A stretch of DNA of 62,234 nt from an uncultured Rhodohalobacter sp. (GCA_964404705.1 CAYOLE010000001.1:1-62234), one strand, 5' to 3'; numbered from the stretch's first letter, positions 30,013-39,450 are shown. The notes: a model not told the origin generated them from the sequence alone. Program-made: numbers and translations.

Positions 30013-30833
30013 GTACAATTGCTTACGATCCGGTGAAAGATAAATTTTCAGCCATAATCAAAAACTCTCGTTTTTTAAGGCGAGTATTTTATTTTCTACT
30101 CGATCTTTTCTTTCTGAGAAGCTGGCATATTCGCAAATTGATAAAACAAGCTGGCGGTGATCTGGAAAAACAGGGAGAATGGAGAATGCTCGATGCCGGT
30201 TGTGGTTTTGGCCAGTACGATAGGTTTATACTTCAGCAATTCAAACATGTGAAGGTCGATTCAATCGATGTAAAAGAAGATTATTTGCGCGATAATCGCC
30301 TCTATTTTCAAAAAGATATAAAAGAGGGGAGGGTGCAATTTTACACGGCCGACCTTCTGGAATTCACCACTGAGCAACAGTTTGATATGGCTATCTGTAT
30401 CGATGTGCTGGAACATATCGAAGAGGACGTTAAGGTGATGAAAAACATCAGCGACACCTTGAAACCGGGTGGTTTTTTTTTGATGCATTCTCCTTCTCAC
30501 TATTCCGGGGAGGATGGTGATGAAGATGATACGTTTGTAGGCGAACATGCACGGCCCGGTTACTCAAAACAAGAGATTCGTGAAAAACTGGTAGCAGCAG
30601 GATTAAAACCTGAAAAAATCCACTATACCTACGGCTTTTGGGGACATAAGGCGTGGGTTTTCTCTGTTAAATGGCCAATGATCTGGTTTAACAAAATGGG
30701 TCTTGCTGCAGCAATTCCTCTCATATTTTACTACCCGCTTGTGATGCCGTTCTGTCTTCTTATGAATACGGCTGACCTGTACACAAAAAATAAAAAAGGG
30801 AACGGGGTGTATGCTTTGGCAAGGAAAGTTTAG
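30009..30833 (+). CDS. Class I SAM-dependent methyltransferase
   Basis: LDAGCGFG, DVLEHI and LKPGG motifs; overlaps the GT2 stop. Confidence 0.9.
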   Translation: MSTIAYDPVKDKFSAIIKNSRFLRRVFYFLLDLFFLRSWHIRKLIKQAGGDLEKQGEWRMLDAGCGFGQYDRFILQQFKHVKVDSIDVKEDYLRDNRLYFQKDIKEGRVQFYTADLLEFTTEQQFDMAICIDVLEHIEEDVKVMKNISDTLKPGGFFLMHSPSHYSGEDGDEDDTFVGEHARPGYSKQEIREKLVAAGLKPEKIHYTYGFWGHKAWVFSVKWPMIWFNKMGLAAAIPLIFYYPLVMPFCLLMNTADLYTKNKKGNGVYALARKV

Positions 30834-30900
30834 ATCTGAGGGATCACTTTCAGGTCTGATCTTCAACCATACTATTTCACTCTTACTTTAAAATAAATAA

Positions 30901-30929
30901 AAAAGCCCCGGTGGCGAACCGGGACTTTT
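30901..30929. terminator. Probable bidirectional intrinsic terminator
   Basis: AAAAG-CCCCGGT-GGCGA-ACCGGGA-CTTTT hairpin flanked by A and T runs between convergent genes. Confidence 0.75.
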
Positions 30930-30964
30930 CGAATTATGCATTATGATATTTCAGCCTGAACGAT

Positions 30965-32668
30965 TTATTTAATTAGCGTCATTCGTTTAGTCTGAGAAAT
31001 ATCACCAGCTTTGAGCATATAAATATATATGCCGCTGCTCAAATTACTGGCGTCAAAATTGACTGAGTGGGTTCCAGCCTGCTGAAAGCTATTATTTACC
31101 AGAGTGGCTACTTTCCGTCCCAGCATATCAAAAACATCGATTTGCACGTTTGAAGCTGAGGCAAGATCGTACTGAATGGTGGTAGAAGGATTAAACGGAT
31201 TTGGATAATTCTGCTTTAAATTAATTGTCTTTGGAATATCGCTACTGATAAATTCAGACGATGTGGCCATCCAATCCTCTTTAACAGAGGGAAACCAATT
31301 AAGATCACCTACCGGGAAGCCGTCAGCTCCTCCTGTATAAGCTTCTGAGTCGGTATTATAAGATGCATCAAAATCATTTACGTAATAGGTGATCGGACGC
31401 CGATCCATGTCCTCGGTTTCAGGATTCCAATAATCGTTGGGCGTGTCCTTTGTTTTTTCAGCCACCTCTACATAATAGGTCATCAGGCCCGTCATCAGGT
31501 CAGGTACATCAGTCATGTCAGGATCCTCGATCATAGTAAACGCATCATCTGCGGCATCACCTAATGCTTCCCTGATATAGATAGATAATGGTTCACCCAC
31601 AGTGATCTCTTCGTAATTATCAAAGAAAGCCTGTCCTTCTGCGGTTACTGAATAATAGTTATTCTCCACTACCCACTCCGTAGTTTCATTGGGATTTGCA
31701 AAAATCCATGCCATACGGTTGTTACCATTCTCATATTGCTCGCCAGTGTTTGCCCATTCTGCAGTTCGGGTGTCATCGGTAGAATCTTCACCGGCTGCAA
31801 AGGCATCAACAAACAGGTTGTTTGTGATTTCTATTTTATCCCCAACGGTACCAAGAGATAAAACGCCATGAAAACCCATACCATTAACAAATGTATTATG
31901 GTCAAATAAACCATAACCAATTTCACCAGTACCGGCTTCCGGGTCACCAAAATTATAGTGACGGATTGGACGATCCTGATAATTTACAAAGGTATTGTTG
32001 ATCATGATAAGAGAGTCTACGGAAGTTTCCCGAAGATCAATACCTTTACCTGCTCCAAAGTTTGAAGTGGAAAGGGACCCCAGGTTCGCAAATACCACAT
32101 CCTCAAAATGTATTTTTAATGTAGAACCTTCGGTTCTCAGAACCTGTCCTGCAATATTGGAAAAGATACTATTTGTCACTGTAATGTTAGCTCCTTCACT
32201 GTCAGTTCTCAGAAGGCCGCCCTGTACGGTGTATAATTCATCATATTCACCGTCTTCATCACCGGGTTCATAATAACCGGTCACGGCAAGCCCTTCCAGA
32301 ATTATATCTCCACCTCTTGAACGAAACAGATATCCGGGTGGATTTTCTGGATTATCACCCATGCCAGAGGGATACTGATAAATAATCGCTTTTTCATCAT
32401 TTGTCGAACGAATGTGCAGTGTTTCGTCTGCCTCAATATATTGTACTTGTCTGTTCAGATATACTTCACCTCCTTGTAATTCATAGATTCTGCCTTCTGG
32501 TATAACTCCGCCGTTTGCTGCAGTGTCTGCTTGTATCTGTTCAACAAGCCCTTCATTATTTACATTATAAGGTTCAAGCGTAACAACATCTTGTGCATGT
32601 GCTGCACTTGTTAACAATGATATTAGCACAATTGCTATACCTATACTGAAGTAACTCTTTGATATCAT
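30965..32668 (-). CDS. Secreted acidic protein with probable beta-helix repeats and a T9SS type-A C-terminal sorting domain
   Basis: Signal peptide, NNTFVN/HNTFVN/NNLFVD repeats, C-terminal LKQNYPNPFNPST...LSSGIYIY...KRMTLIK; strong GGAGGT SD. Confidence 0.88.
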   Translation of the reverse strand: MISKSYFSIGIAIVLISLLTSAAHAQDVVTLEPYNVNNEGLVEQIQADTAANGGVIPEGRIYELQGGEVYLNRQVQYIEADETLHIRSTNDEKAIIYQYPSGMGDNPENPPGYLFRSRGGDIILEGLAVTGYYEPGDEDGEYDELYTVQGGLLRTDSEGANITVTNSIFSNIAGQVLRTEGSTLKIHFEDVVFANLGSLSTSNFGAGKGIDLRETSVDSLIMINNTFVNYQDRPIRHYNFGDPEAGTGEIGYGLFDHNTFVNGMGFHGVLSLGTVGDKIEITNNLFVDAFAAGEDSTDDTRTAEWANTGEQYENGNNRMAWIFANPNETTEWVVENNYYSVTAEGQAFFDNYEEITVGEPLSIYIREALGDAADDAFTMIEDPDMTDVPDLMTGLMTYYVEVAEKTKDTPNDYWNPETEDMDRRPITYYVNDFDASYNTDSEAYTGGADGFPVGDLNWFPSVKEDWMATSSEFISSDIPKTINLKQNYPNPFNPSTTIQYDLASASNVQIDVFDMLGRKVATLVNNSFQQAGTHSVNFDASNLSSGIYIYMLKAGDISQTKRMTLIK

Positions 32669-32737
32669 AATGATACCTCCTTTTATTAGTTAATGTTAGC
32701 ATTCAGAGCAACGATTACTCTAAATAGTCTTTAGTCA

Positions 32738-35737
32738 TTACAGGTCAATTTGGATACCAAAATCGAATGTCAATCCATAGGTTTCTCTTGATCGAGGTGC
32801 TTTGTATCCTACTACCCTGTTATGCTGAATATTTCTTTCTTCTATATTCGTCAAATTGTTAACATTTCCAACGACAGTTAAATAATCTGTAAATCTGTAT
32901 TTCAGTGCCAGATCTAATCGTGTATAGGCTCCCTGGATTCTATCATTTCTACCTGACGGTGAAAAAGAACTATAATATTCAGATTGATGAAAAGCGGAAA
33001 TCCGTCCTGAAAATCCGGCTATATCGTATCCCAATGAGATATTTCCAAATACCTCAGGTTGATCCTGCATCTCCTGCTCAAATGTAATGGTACGCACAGT
33101 GTACTCTTCACGTTCACCTAAAATGGGATCGGGAACTAAAGTTACATCTGTAACAGCCCCTAACAAGGTTGTTTCTGATTTAACCAGGGAGGCATTGTAG
33201 CTTAAAACAAAGTTACCGAGTAATCCAGGCAACCAGGTAAAATTGATCTGGTGATCAACCTCCACACCATACACCTCCGAAGGTTCGGGAGAATTATAAG
33301 GGACAAATAAATTATAATTACCTCTGTGCGGTGAGCTCCAGTCAAGCCCTAAATCATTTATAATGGTGTCACCAGAGGTTGTAATACCATTCAGCATATG
33401 ATACATATCATCAATGCTTTTATAGAAAGCAGAAATAGTAAACAGGCCAAGGTTGTTACCATAGAAAGATGTATTTACTTCGTAATTCCAGGCTTTAGCT
33501 GTTTTTAATTGTGGGTTTCCAAGCACAAGAATTCTGTCGCCACCCGTTTCAGAATCACGCCAGGCAAAATAGGATAACAGGCGCATGTTAAAATCCGGAC
33601 GGGCTAAAGCACGAAATGCTGCCAGCCTGATATTCATAAAACTGGTGGGTGTAATATTTATATGCAGATGCGGCAGTATAACAGTTTCAGAATACGTAGA
33701 GCTGGTATCACGAGTGCTCCCCTCAGGTACAGGAAAACCTCCAATCTGCCGGGGTGAATAGGTATTACTATAATCGTGATTCTCATGTTCAATTCTGGCT
33801 CCGATTATAGAGGTCACCAGTTGTCCGAAATTAGTGGTGTTCATTAAGTAGCCGGCCGTCACAGATTCTGTAATATCATATGTATTGGCTTCTTGCGAAG
33901 GGTCATTATGATATTCTTCATTTGTACCGGCACGGTTTATCCCATCTTTATTAAGGCTGTACCACTGCCGCATCCGGTCCCTGTCAATAAGGGGATTCAT
34001 ATTGAAATCATTTAAAATGAATTTGGACTGTGGATCCCCGTGTAAAAAATCACTGAATGAGGGTTGTCTGGATCCTGGATTATTTTGAAACCTCTGATAA
34101 AAATTTTCGAAATAGGTACCTTCAAAATCCTTCAGGGCAATGGATCCATCCGGAAGCAATTCATTTTCGCGCCAGTAACCAAGTCGATAGGGAGCAAATG
34201 TTCGGGAATTGACATTTGTCCGGTCTTTGGAAGTGAATTTTCCTCCGCCTTTTAAAATCCCGGAAAATGAATTACTAAACGTATATTCCCTTGCCAAATC
34301 AAGTTTAGCGGTTAACTCTGCATCAGAATTATCCTGTGTGCGATAGTAGGCATCGCTAATGCTTGCATTGTTAAAATTGTTGTACGCATATTCTGTAAAT
34401 AACTCAGGATTTTCTTTGAGATTATTGGGAATATCTTGTTTCATGCCAGATACACCATTACCAGAAGGTTCAAAAAAAGTAGCCTGATAATCATATGGAT
34501 AGTGGGATTCTGAGCGGGAATACGACAAAATCCAATTCGAATCAAAACCGAGAAATGTATTCTCTCCCATTAGAGAATTCGTGAGCACATCGATTTGATT
34601 TTCCCGGTCCCGATAAGTGTATGTAACCCCGGCACGTGTCTGAGGATAATCACGGGAATGAGTCAAAAAATCCCTGGTAGTAGTGCTGTACATAGAGTTT
34701 AATTTGATATTGCCCCCATCGGGTGTATTGATATCAAATATTATCCCCAATCCTTTTCTTGATCTGTTTTCATCAACATATTCAAGATTCAGGTCGTTAA
34801 TATGGTAATTCAAATCTTCTGTTTCGGTGTTATAACCAATATCAATTCTTTCATTATTTCGGATTTTACTCTCGATATTTCCATTTACCTGAATCCCCAA
34901 AAGATTGTCGAAAACACGTTGGCCATATTTAAAGTTAAAATCATATTGGCCAAAGGAGTCCAGTATATTGTTATATCCGCCTTTAGCAGTAAGTCTTAAT
35001 TCACTCTCTTCGGGTGCTTTTCTGGTAACAAGATTGATTGAACCTGCAATGGCATCTGCATCTTTGTCGGGCGTAATAGCTTTATAAAGTTCGATGCCGG
35101 CCAGTGAATTTTGAGAAATTGAACTCAGATCAACACCACGGCCGAGTGCATCTGTAGCTGGGAGTTTTACGCCATCTACAGTTACATTCAAATATTTGTC
35201 TCCCAGCCCTCTTAATAATACTTTGTTTGCCTCACCTCCGGATCTGCTGAGAGATACACCAGGCAGACGGCCAATTGATTCGGCTGCATTTGCATCAGGC
35301 AACTCCCGGATTTTTTCTTCAGACACTATATTTACGATTGTATTCGATGCCCGTTGTTGATTTATAGCAACGATCTGTCCTAATGCCTGTGAAGTAATTG
35401 TAACTTCTTCTCCCTCAACCGAAGATGCCTGCAGTTCCACATCCAGCGTTACGGTTTCATCTTCGGGGATTGTTACGGTAAGGGTTTGAGATTCATATCC
35501 GATGTAGGAAAATCTTACTTCGGTATCTCCGGCTGGTACTCGCCGTAATTGGTACCTGCCTTCCATATTGGTAGCGGTTCCGTTAGAAGTACCAAGAATA
35601 ACAACAGTAGCACCTATTAAAGGTTGTCCATCAGCCTGATCTGTGATAACTCCCCTAAGAGTTCCTTGAGCAAATAAATAATTTTGGAAAAAAATGAAAA
35701 ATATTCCTGTAAATATGATTTTTTTTGGCGTCTGCAT
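32738..35737 (-). CDS. TonB-dependent receptor with N-terminal carboxypeptidase-regulatory-like domain
   Basis: Signal peptide, PLIGATV...SYIGY domain, LPDANAAESIGRLPGVS plug and IELYKAITPDKDADAIAGSINL; 999 aa. Confidence 0.95.
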   Translation of the reverse strand: MQTPKKIIFTGIFFIFFQNYLFAQGTLRGVITDQADGQPLIGATVVILGTSNGTATNMEGRYQLRRVPAGDTEVRFSYIGYESQTLTVTIPEDETVTLDVELQASSVEGEEVTITSQALGQIVAINQQRASNTIVNIVSEEKIRELPDANAAESIGRLPGVSLSRSGGEANKVLLRGLGDKYLNVTVDGVKLPATDALGRGVDLSSISQNSLAGIELYKAITPDKDADAIAGSINLVTRKAPEESELRLTAKGGYNNILDSFGQYDFNFKYGQRVFDNLLGIQVNGNIESKIRNNERIDIGYNTETEDLNYHINDLNLEYVDENRSRKGLGIIFDINTPDGGNIKLNSMYSTTTRDFLTHSRDYPQTRAGVTYTYRDRENQIDVLTNSLMGENTFLGFDSNWILSYSRSESHYPYDYQATFFEPSGNGVSGMKQDIPNNLKENPELFTEYAYNNFNNASISDAYYRTQDNSDAELTAKLDLAREYTFSNSFSGILKGGGKFTSKDRTNVNSRTFAPYRLGYWRENELLPDGSIALKDFEGTYFENFYQRFQNNPGSRQPSFSDFLHGDPQSKFILNDFNMNPLIDRDRMRQWYSLNKDGINRAGTNEEYHNDPSQEANTYDITESVTAGYLMNTTNFGQLVTSIIGARIEHENHDYSNTYSPRQIGGFPVPEGSTRDTSSTYSETVILPHLHINITPTSFMNIRLAAFRALARPDFNMRLLSYFAWRDSETGGDRILVLGNPQLKTAKAWNYEVNTSFYGNNLGLFTISAFYKSIDDMYHMLNGITTSGDTIINDLGLDWSSPHRGNYNLFVPYNSPEPSEVYGVEVDHQINFTWLPGLLGNFVLSYNASLVKSETTLLGAVTDVTLVPDPILGEREEYTVRTITFEQEMQDQPEVFGNISLGYDIAGFSGRISAFHQSEYYSSFSPSGRNDRIQGAYTRLDLALKYRFTDYLTVVGNVNNLTNIEERNIQHNRVVGYKAPRSRETYGLTFDFGIQIDL

Positions 35738-35828
35738 CGACTATATATTGATTGTAGCGGTTTTAGATTCCAGAAGTATTCTTGCTTGATTATTTAGGGT
35801 TTGTCATTCCGATACGAGGCTCATTCCA

Positions 35829-35851
35829 TAAGTTACTTAACCGATAACTTA
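35829..35851. promoter_or_regulatory. Candidate operator (inverted repeat)
   Basis: TAAGTTA-N9-TAACTTA about 100 bp upstream of the TonB receptor start. Confidence 0.3.
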
Positions 35852-36253
35852 ACTTGTGTAAAAAAACAATATGAGTCAAGAAATAATATTCTTGTTTATA
35901 AAATTGTCGTTCGGAATAATCTTATAAGTGTATTTCAAGGGAAGGGAACGGATACTATGAAATCTCTTTAAAGAATAATTTACTTATAAATCTTTACTCT
36001 ATAATTAATTGGTATGCAATAGCTTATAGAATCTGCAACTGTATTTAATGAAGTGGACATTATCGAGTTACCTCAGTAATTATAAAACTATACTAACTTA
36101 AATTTATAATTTAACGCCCGTTGTTAATTAAAATATTAGATAATTTAATCAACCTGATTCTATGTTTATTATTTATAAATGTTTACAACAATCTTAAATA
36201 AAGAGAATAGATGTTCTTTTAATCGGGTAGTCTAAAAAAAGGATGTGAAGCCC

Positions 36254-36326
36254 AGGGGGATCCGATCGGTGTTGAGAGTATACCGGGAAGAATTCCAAGG
36301 GTGTAATTGATCGGATCATGTACCCT
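36254..36326 (+). ncRNA. Candidate structured RNA (long imperfect hairpin) of unknown family
   Basis: Nested stems AGGG/CCCT, GATCCGATCGGT/ATTGATCGGATC, TATACC/GGTGTA and GGAA/TTCC; G-U wobbles favour the + strand; GC-richer than the AT-rich flank. Confidence 0.35.
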
Positions 36327-36361
36327 AAATCTCTGCAAGTTTAGTAAGAATGAAATGAATT

Positions 36362-36652
36362 TTATTCATTAAAAAACAATATTTCATCCACTTCCTGTAC
36401 CATTTTCCAGGAGAGAGAGGTGGTATCGAACACCAGATGGAAATAACGCTGGGTATCGGTTTTTACTACATAATGGTAATGGAATCCTTTCCCCACGCGT
36501 TCTTTGTGTGCCTGGCGGATCTGGTTTATCTGGAATGTTTCCCCGGCTCTTGTCTCAAACCGATAAGGTGTAATATGATGCTTTAGTTTCGGACTTGAAA
36601 ATCCGCGCACAACATTCAAAACATTAATAGGGGGATATTTTTCCTCTTTCAT
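36362..36652 (-). CDS. Small hypothetical protein, possibly DUF6504-like
   Basis: 96 aa from ATG 36652; beta-rich pattern ending YFHLVFDTTSLSWKM. Confidence 0.6.
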   Translation of the reverse strand: MKEEKYPPINVLNVVRGFSSPKLKHHITPYRFETRAGETFQINQIRQAHKERVGKGFHYHYVVKTDTQRYFHLVFDTTSLSWKMVQEVDEILFFNE

Positions 36653-36677
36653 AGACTCTTGTATTAGGAAATGCAAA

Positions 36678-36697
36678 ATTACACATATATTACACAT
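36678..36697. promoter_or_regulatory. Direct repeat with 11-bp period, candidate transcription-factor site
   Basis: ATTACACAT at 36678-36686 and at 36689-36697, 26-45 bp upstream of ATG 36652. Confidence 0.45.
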
Positions 36698-36911
36698 GTA
36701 TCAAAAAAAAAATTGGAGAGCCTTTAAAAGAAATGCGAGGGAAAATCAGTTTATAAGAGGGGCATAAAACCAAAGTAAAACAGAACTGATCACTGTTTAA
36801 TTCTCCCTATATATCTATCTATTATCTCTTAAGTAATGAACTAACTCGGGGTAGAGCCCAAGAGGTATCAACTAAGATCCCTTAACTTCAATATGGAATT
36901 AATTCTGGAGT

Positions 36912-37036
36912 GTCCCCCTTTTTGAAGAGGGCAATGGGGGATGATCTGAGATGCCTCATAGCCAAGAAATGGATAATTCTAAACTCAGAAAGTCATCCCC
37001 CTGCTCACTCCGTTCGCTTCCCCCTTCGACAGGGAC
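36912..37036. repeat. REP-like inverted doublet
   Basis: TCCCCCTTTTTGAAGAGGG...GGGGGATGA (36936-36944) faces TCATCCCCC (36993-37001)...TCCCCCTTCGACAGGGAC. Confidence 0.55.
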
Positions 37037-37050
37037 TTCTATCTTTCCGA

Positions 37051-37175
37051 GAGGCTGTCCAAAAAGTATTTTCTGTTTTAAATAAATTAAATGAATTAGG
37101 CTGAAACCTCCAAGGTTTCAAAAACCTTGGAGGTTTTACCTGTATTATTTCTATAATGACTTTTTGGACAGCCTC
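37051..37175. mobile_element. MITE-like element, 125 bp, with an internal perfect palindrome
   Basis: Perfect 17-bp terminal inverted repeats GAGGCTGTCCAAAAAGT / ACTTTTTGGACAGCCTC; internal 15-bp stem AAACCTCCAAGGTTT-CAA-AAACCTTGGAGGTTT at 37104-37136. Confidence 0.75.
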
Positions 37176-37244
37176 AATTAAACCACTTATGATTAAAGCT
37201 CAAACAGGCTGTGATAATTTGGCTGAAAGAGGGGCATTCAGATA

Positions 37245-37481
37245 TTAATGACAGTGTTGGTGAGCGTCTGACCAAACAGTACCCTGTGGACAATTCTGGG
37301 GGCTTTCTCCACCAGACAGAGCAATCCCTACTAATATAAGACCAAGAATCAATACGATCGCTATGCCTGCTATCCCAAGCTTTGATGAGATCTTCGTATT
37401 ATCTTTATCCTGACAGCAATTTTTATATTTTTTGCCGCTGCCGCAATAACAGGGGTCATTTCTTTCGGGTTTATTCGCCAT
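37245..37481 (-). CDS. Small SEC-C motif membrane protein
   Basis: RNDPCYCGSGKKYKNCC, one TM helix, C-terminal CPQGTVWSDAHQHCH. Confidence 0.85.
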   Translation of the reverse strand: MANKPERNDPCYCGSGKKYKNCCQDKDNTKISSKLGIAGIAIVLILGLILVGIALSGGESPQNCPQGTVWSDAHQHCH

Positions 37482-37506
37482 AAAAGTCCGGTTAATGTTA
37501 AGAGAT

Positions 37507-38175
37507 TTATTCGTTCAATTTTTTAGTGCTTTCTTCAGATTCATTCGTTTTAATCTGAAGAAGTTTATCTCGAATAGTGGCGATGACCATGTCGAGTGCA
37601 ACATAGTTTTCACCGCCTCTGGGGATAATTATATCAGCATAGCGTTTGCTGGGTTCTACAAATTCGAGGTGCATAGGCCGAACAAAATTTTCATACTGGT
37701 TTAAAACCCCTTCCAGATCCCGTTCCCGTTCCATGATATCCCGCTTTATCCTTCGCATAAGCCGTACATCATCATCCGTATCAACAAAAAGTTTTATATC
37801 CATCTGCTCACGAAGCTCACGTTCTGTAAAGATCAAAATCCCATCAAGCAGGATGATTTCTTTAGGAGCAATTTTTTCTGATTTATCCGATCGGGTATGA
37901 GCCGCAAAATCGTAAACGGGAACTTCTACCTGGTAGCCGCTCTTTAGAGCTTCAATATGGCGGATCATCAACTCGGTTTCGAGAGAGGAGGGGTGGTCAA
38001 AATTTTGCTTTTTACGCTCTTCAATCGGCAGGTGACTCAGATCACGATAATAGGAATCGTGTTGGATGAGTTGAATGTTTTCCCGGCCTATTCCGGAGAG
38101 TATGTGTTTAACAACAGTGGTTTTACCCGATCCGCTTCCACCACCGACTCCTATAATGAGAGGTTTTTTCGACAC
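37507..38175 (-). CDS. udk: Uridine kinase
   Basis: GGSGSGKTT, QHDSYY, NFDHP, RRIKRDI.ER and FVEPSKRYAD motifs. Confidence 0.97.
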   Translation of the reverse strand: MSKKPLIIGVGGGSGSGKTTVVKHILSGIGRENIQLIQHDSYYRDLSHLPIEERKKQNFDHPSSLETELMIRHIEALKSGYQVEVPVYDFAAHTRSDKSEKIAPKEIILLDGILIFTERELREQMDIKLFVDTDDDVRLMRRIKRDIMERERDLEGVLNQYENFVRPMHLEFVEPSKRYADIIIPRGGENYVALDMVIATIRDKLLQIKTNESEESTKKLNE

Positions 38176-39450
38176 TTATCGTAAAGAGGTTTGTCTGTTA
38201 TAGCTCCGGTCGTAGTTGAGCTTGAAATCCCGGATAGAACGGTATATTGCAGATGCTACAATGGCCTGCCCATATTCGCTGTTTAAAAACCTTGCTTCAT
38301 CCGGGTTGGAAATAAAACCAAGTTCGATAAGTACTCCCGGCATCGAGGCCTCATACAGAACCTGAAAACCAGCTTGTTTTACTCCTCTTGAGCGCCGTTG
38401 AGCACGTTCTCTGAATTGTCCCTCTATATTTTCGGCAAAACGCTGACTGGTAGACATGTTTCCCGCGTTAATTAGTTCATAAATCAGCAGGTCTTCTTCT
38501 GTGAGCTCTTCGATCTCACCGGATTCAAACTGTACCACACTATTTTCTCGTTTCATTACCTCAAGGGCAGACTGGCTTCTTGCCATCCCCAGAAAGTAAA
38601 CCTCAGCTCCGTTTACGCTTTGCTGGCGCACCCTGTTAGCATGTGCAAATGAATTTACATGAATCGAAACAAACAGGTCTCCGTTATTATCATTGGCAAT
38701 TTTTCCTCTGTCAACAAGACTCACGTATTCGTCTGTTGTTCTTGTATACACTACTTTCAGATCCGGGATGTTCTGTTCAATATATTTGCCGACTTTAAGC
38801 CCCACCTCAAGAGTAATATCTTTTTCATAAGCTCCATTAATTCCGCCTGCGCCCGGCTCCCATCCGCCATGACCGGCATCAATAACTACAACATCAAATT
38901 TGGAGTCATTTCTCCGTTCATCTTGTGGTGTCTCTGTGAAAGAAAATTCTTTAAGATCACCTGTAGATAAACTGTCTGTATAGAGATCCCACTGAATTGG
39001 GGCTATTTCTTCTGTTATTCCAGTAAGATTGTCGGGCGTTGTTTGTGTAAGTGCGAGTAACAAATCTTTCCTGTTTTTATCAGGATATGTGGAGAAATTA
39101 AAGTAATTATCTTTATTTAGTTTGATGTCTACAGCAACACCTGAGGGCAGGTTATAAATATTAAATTCCTCAAAAACATTTCCAGTTTCGGGGGGAATAA
39201 AATTTACGGTGTCAAGGTGTGGAGAATATAGCATTACCTGGAACAGATCGGTAGCGGGCTGCATAACTTTTGAAGAATCAATAGCTTCGGATAGATGAAA
39301 GCGCACAACATGGCCCTGCTCATCACTACGTTCAACTGCTGAAATTCTGTTTAGCTCGTTTTGAGCCCATACTTCAGGCAATGAAAGAAACCCCGAAAAC
39401 AGAAATAAGAAACAAATAATTTTCAAGAAATGTCTGTAGAAATGATGCAT
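38176..39450 (-). CDS. N-acetylmuramoyl-L-alanine amidase (Amidase_3)
   Basis: Signal peptide, IDAGHGG, EKDITL, FVSIHVN and LIELGFISN motifs. Confidence 0.94.
   Translation of the reverse strand: MHHFYRHFLKIICFLFLFSGFLSLPEVWAQNELNRISAVERSDEQGHVVRFHLSEAIDSSKVMQPATDLFQVMLYSPHLDTVNFIPPETGNVFEEFNIYNLPSGVAVDIKLNKDNYFNFSTYPDKNRKDLLLALTQTTPDNLTGITEEIAPIQWDLYTDSLSTGDLKEFSFTETPQDERRNDSKFDVVVIDAGHGGWEPGAGGINGAYEKDITLEVGLKVGKYIEQNIPDLKVVYTRTTDEYVSLVDRGKIANDNNGDLFVSIHVNSFAHANRVRQQSVNGAEVYFLGMARSQSALEVMKRENSVVQFESGEIEELTEEDLLIYELINAGNMSTSQRFAENIEGQFRERAQRRSRGVKQAGFQVLYEASMPGVLIELGFISNPDEARFLNSEYGQAIVASAIYRSIRDFKLNYDRSYNRQTSLR

Noticed and set aside
35945-35969. Second GGAAC-N18-TT match
   Set aside because: No plus-strand gene follows at a sensible distance; consistent with chance.
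36830-37180. CRISPR array or intact IS element
   Set aside because: Repeats are inverted rather than regularly spaced direct repeats; there is no cas or transposase ORF, and the 64-aa ORF at 36910-37104 simply reads through the repeats.
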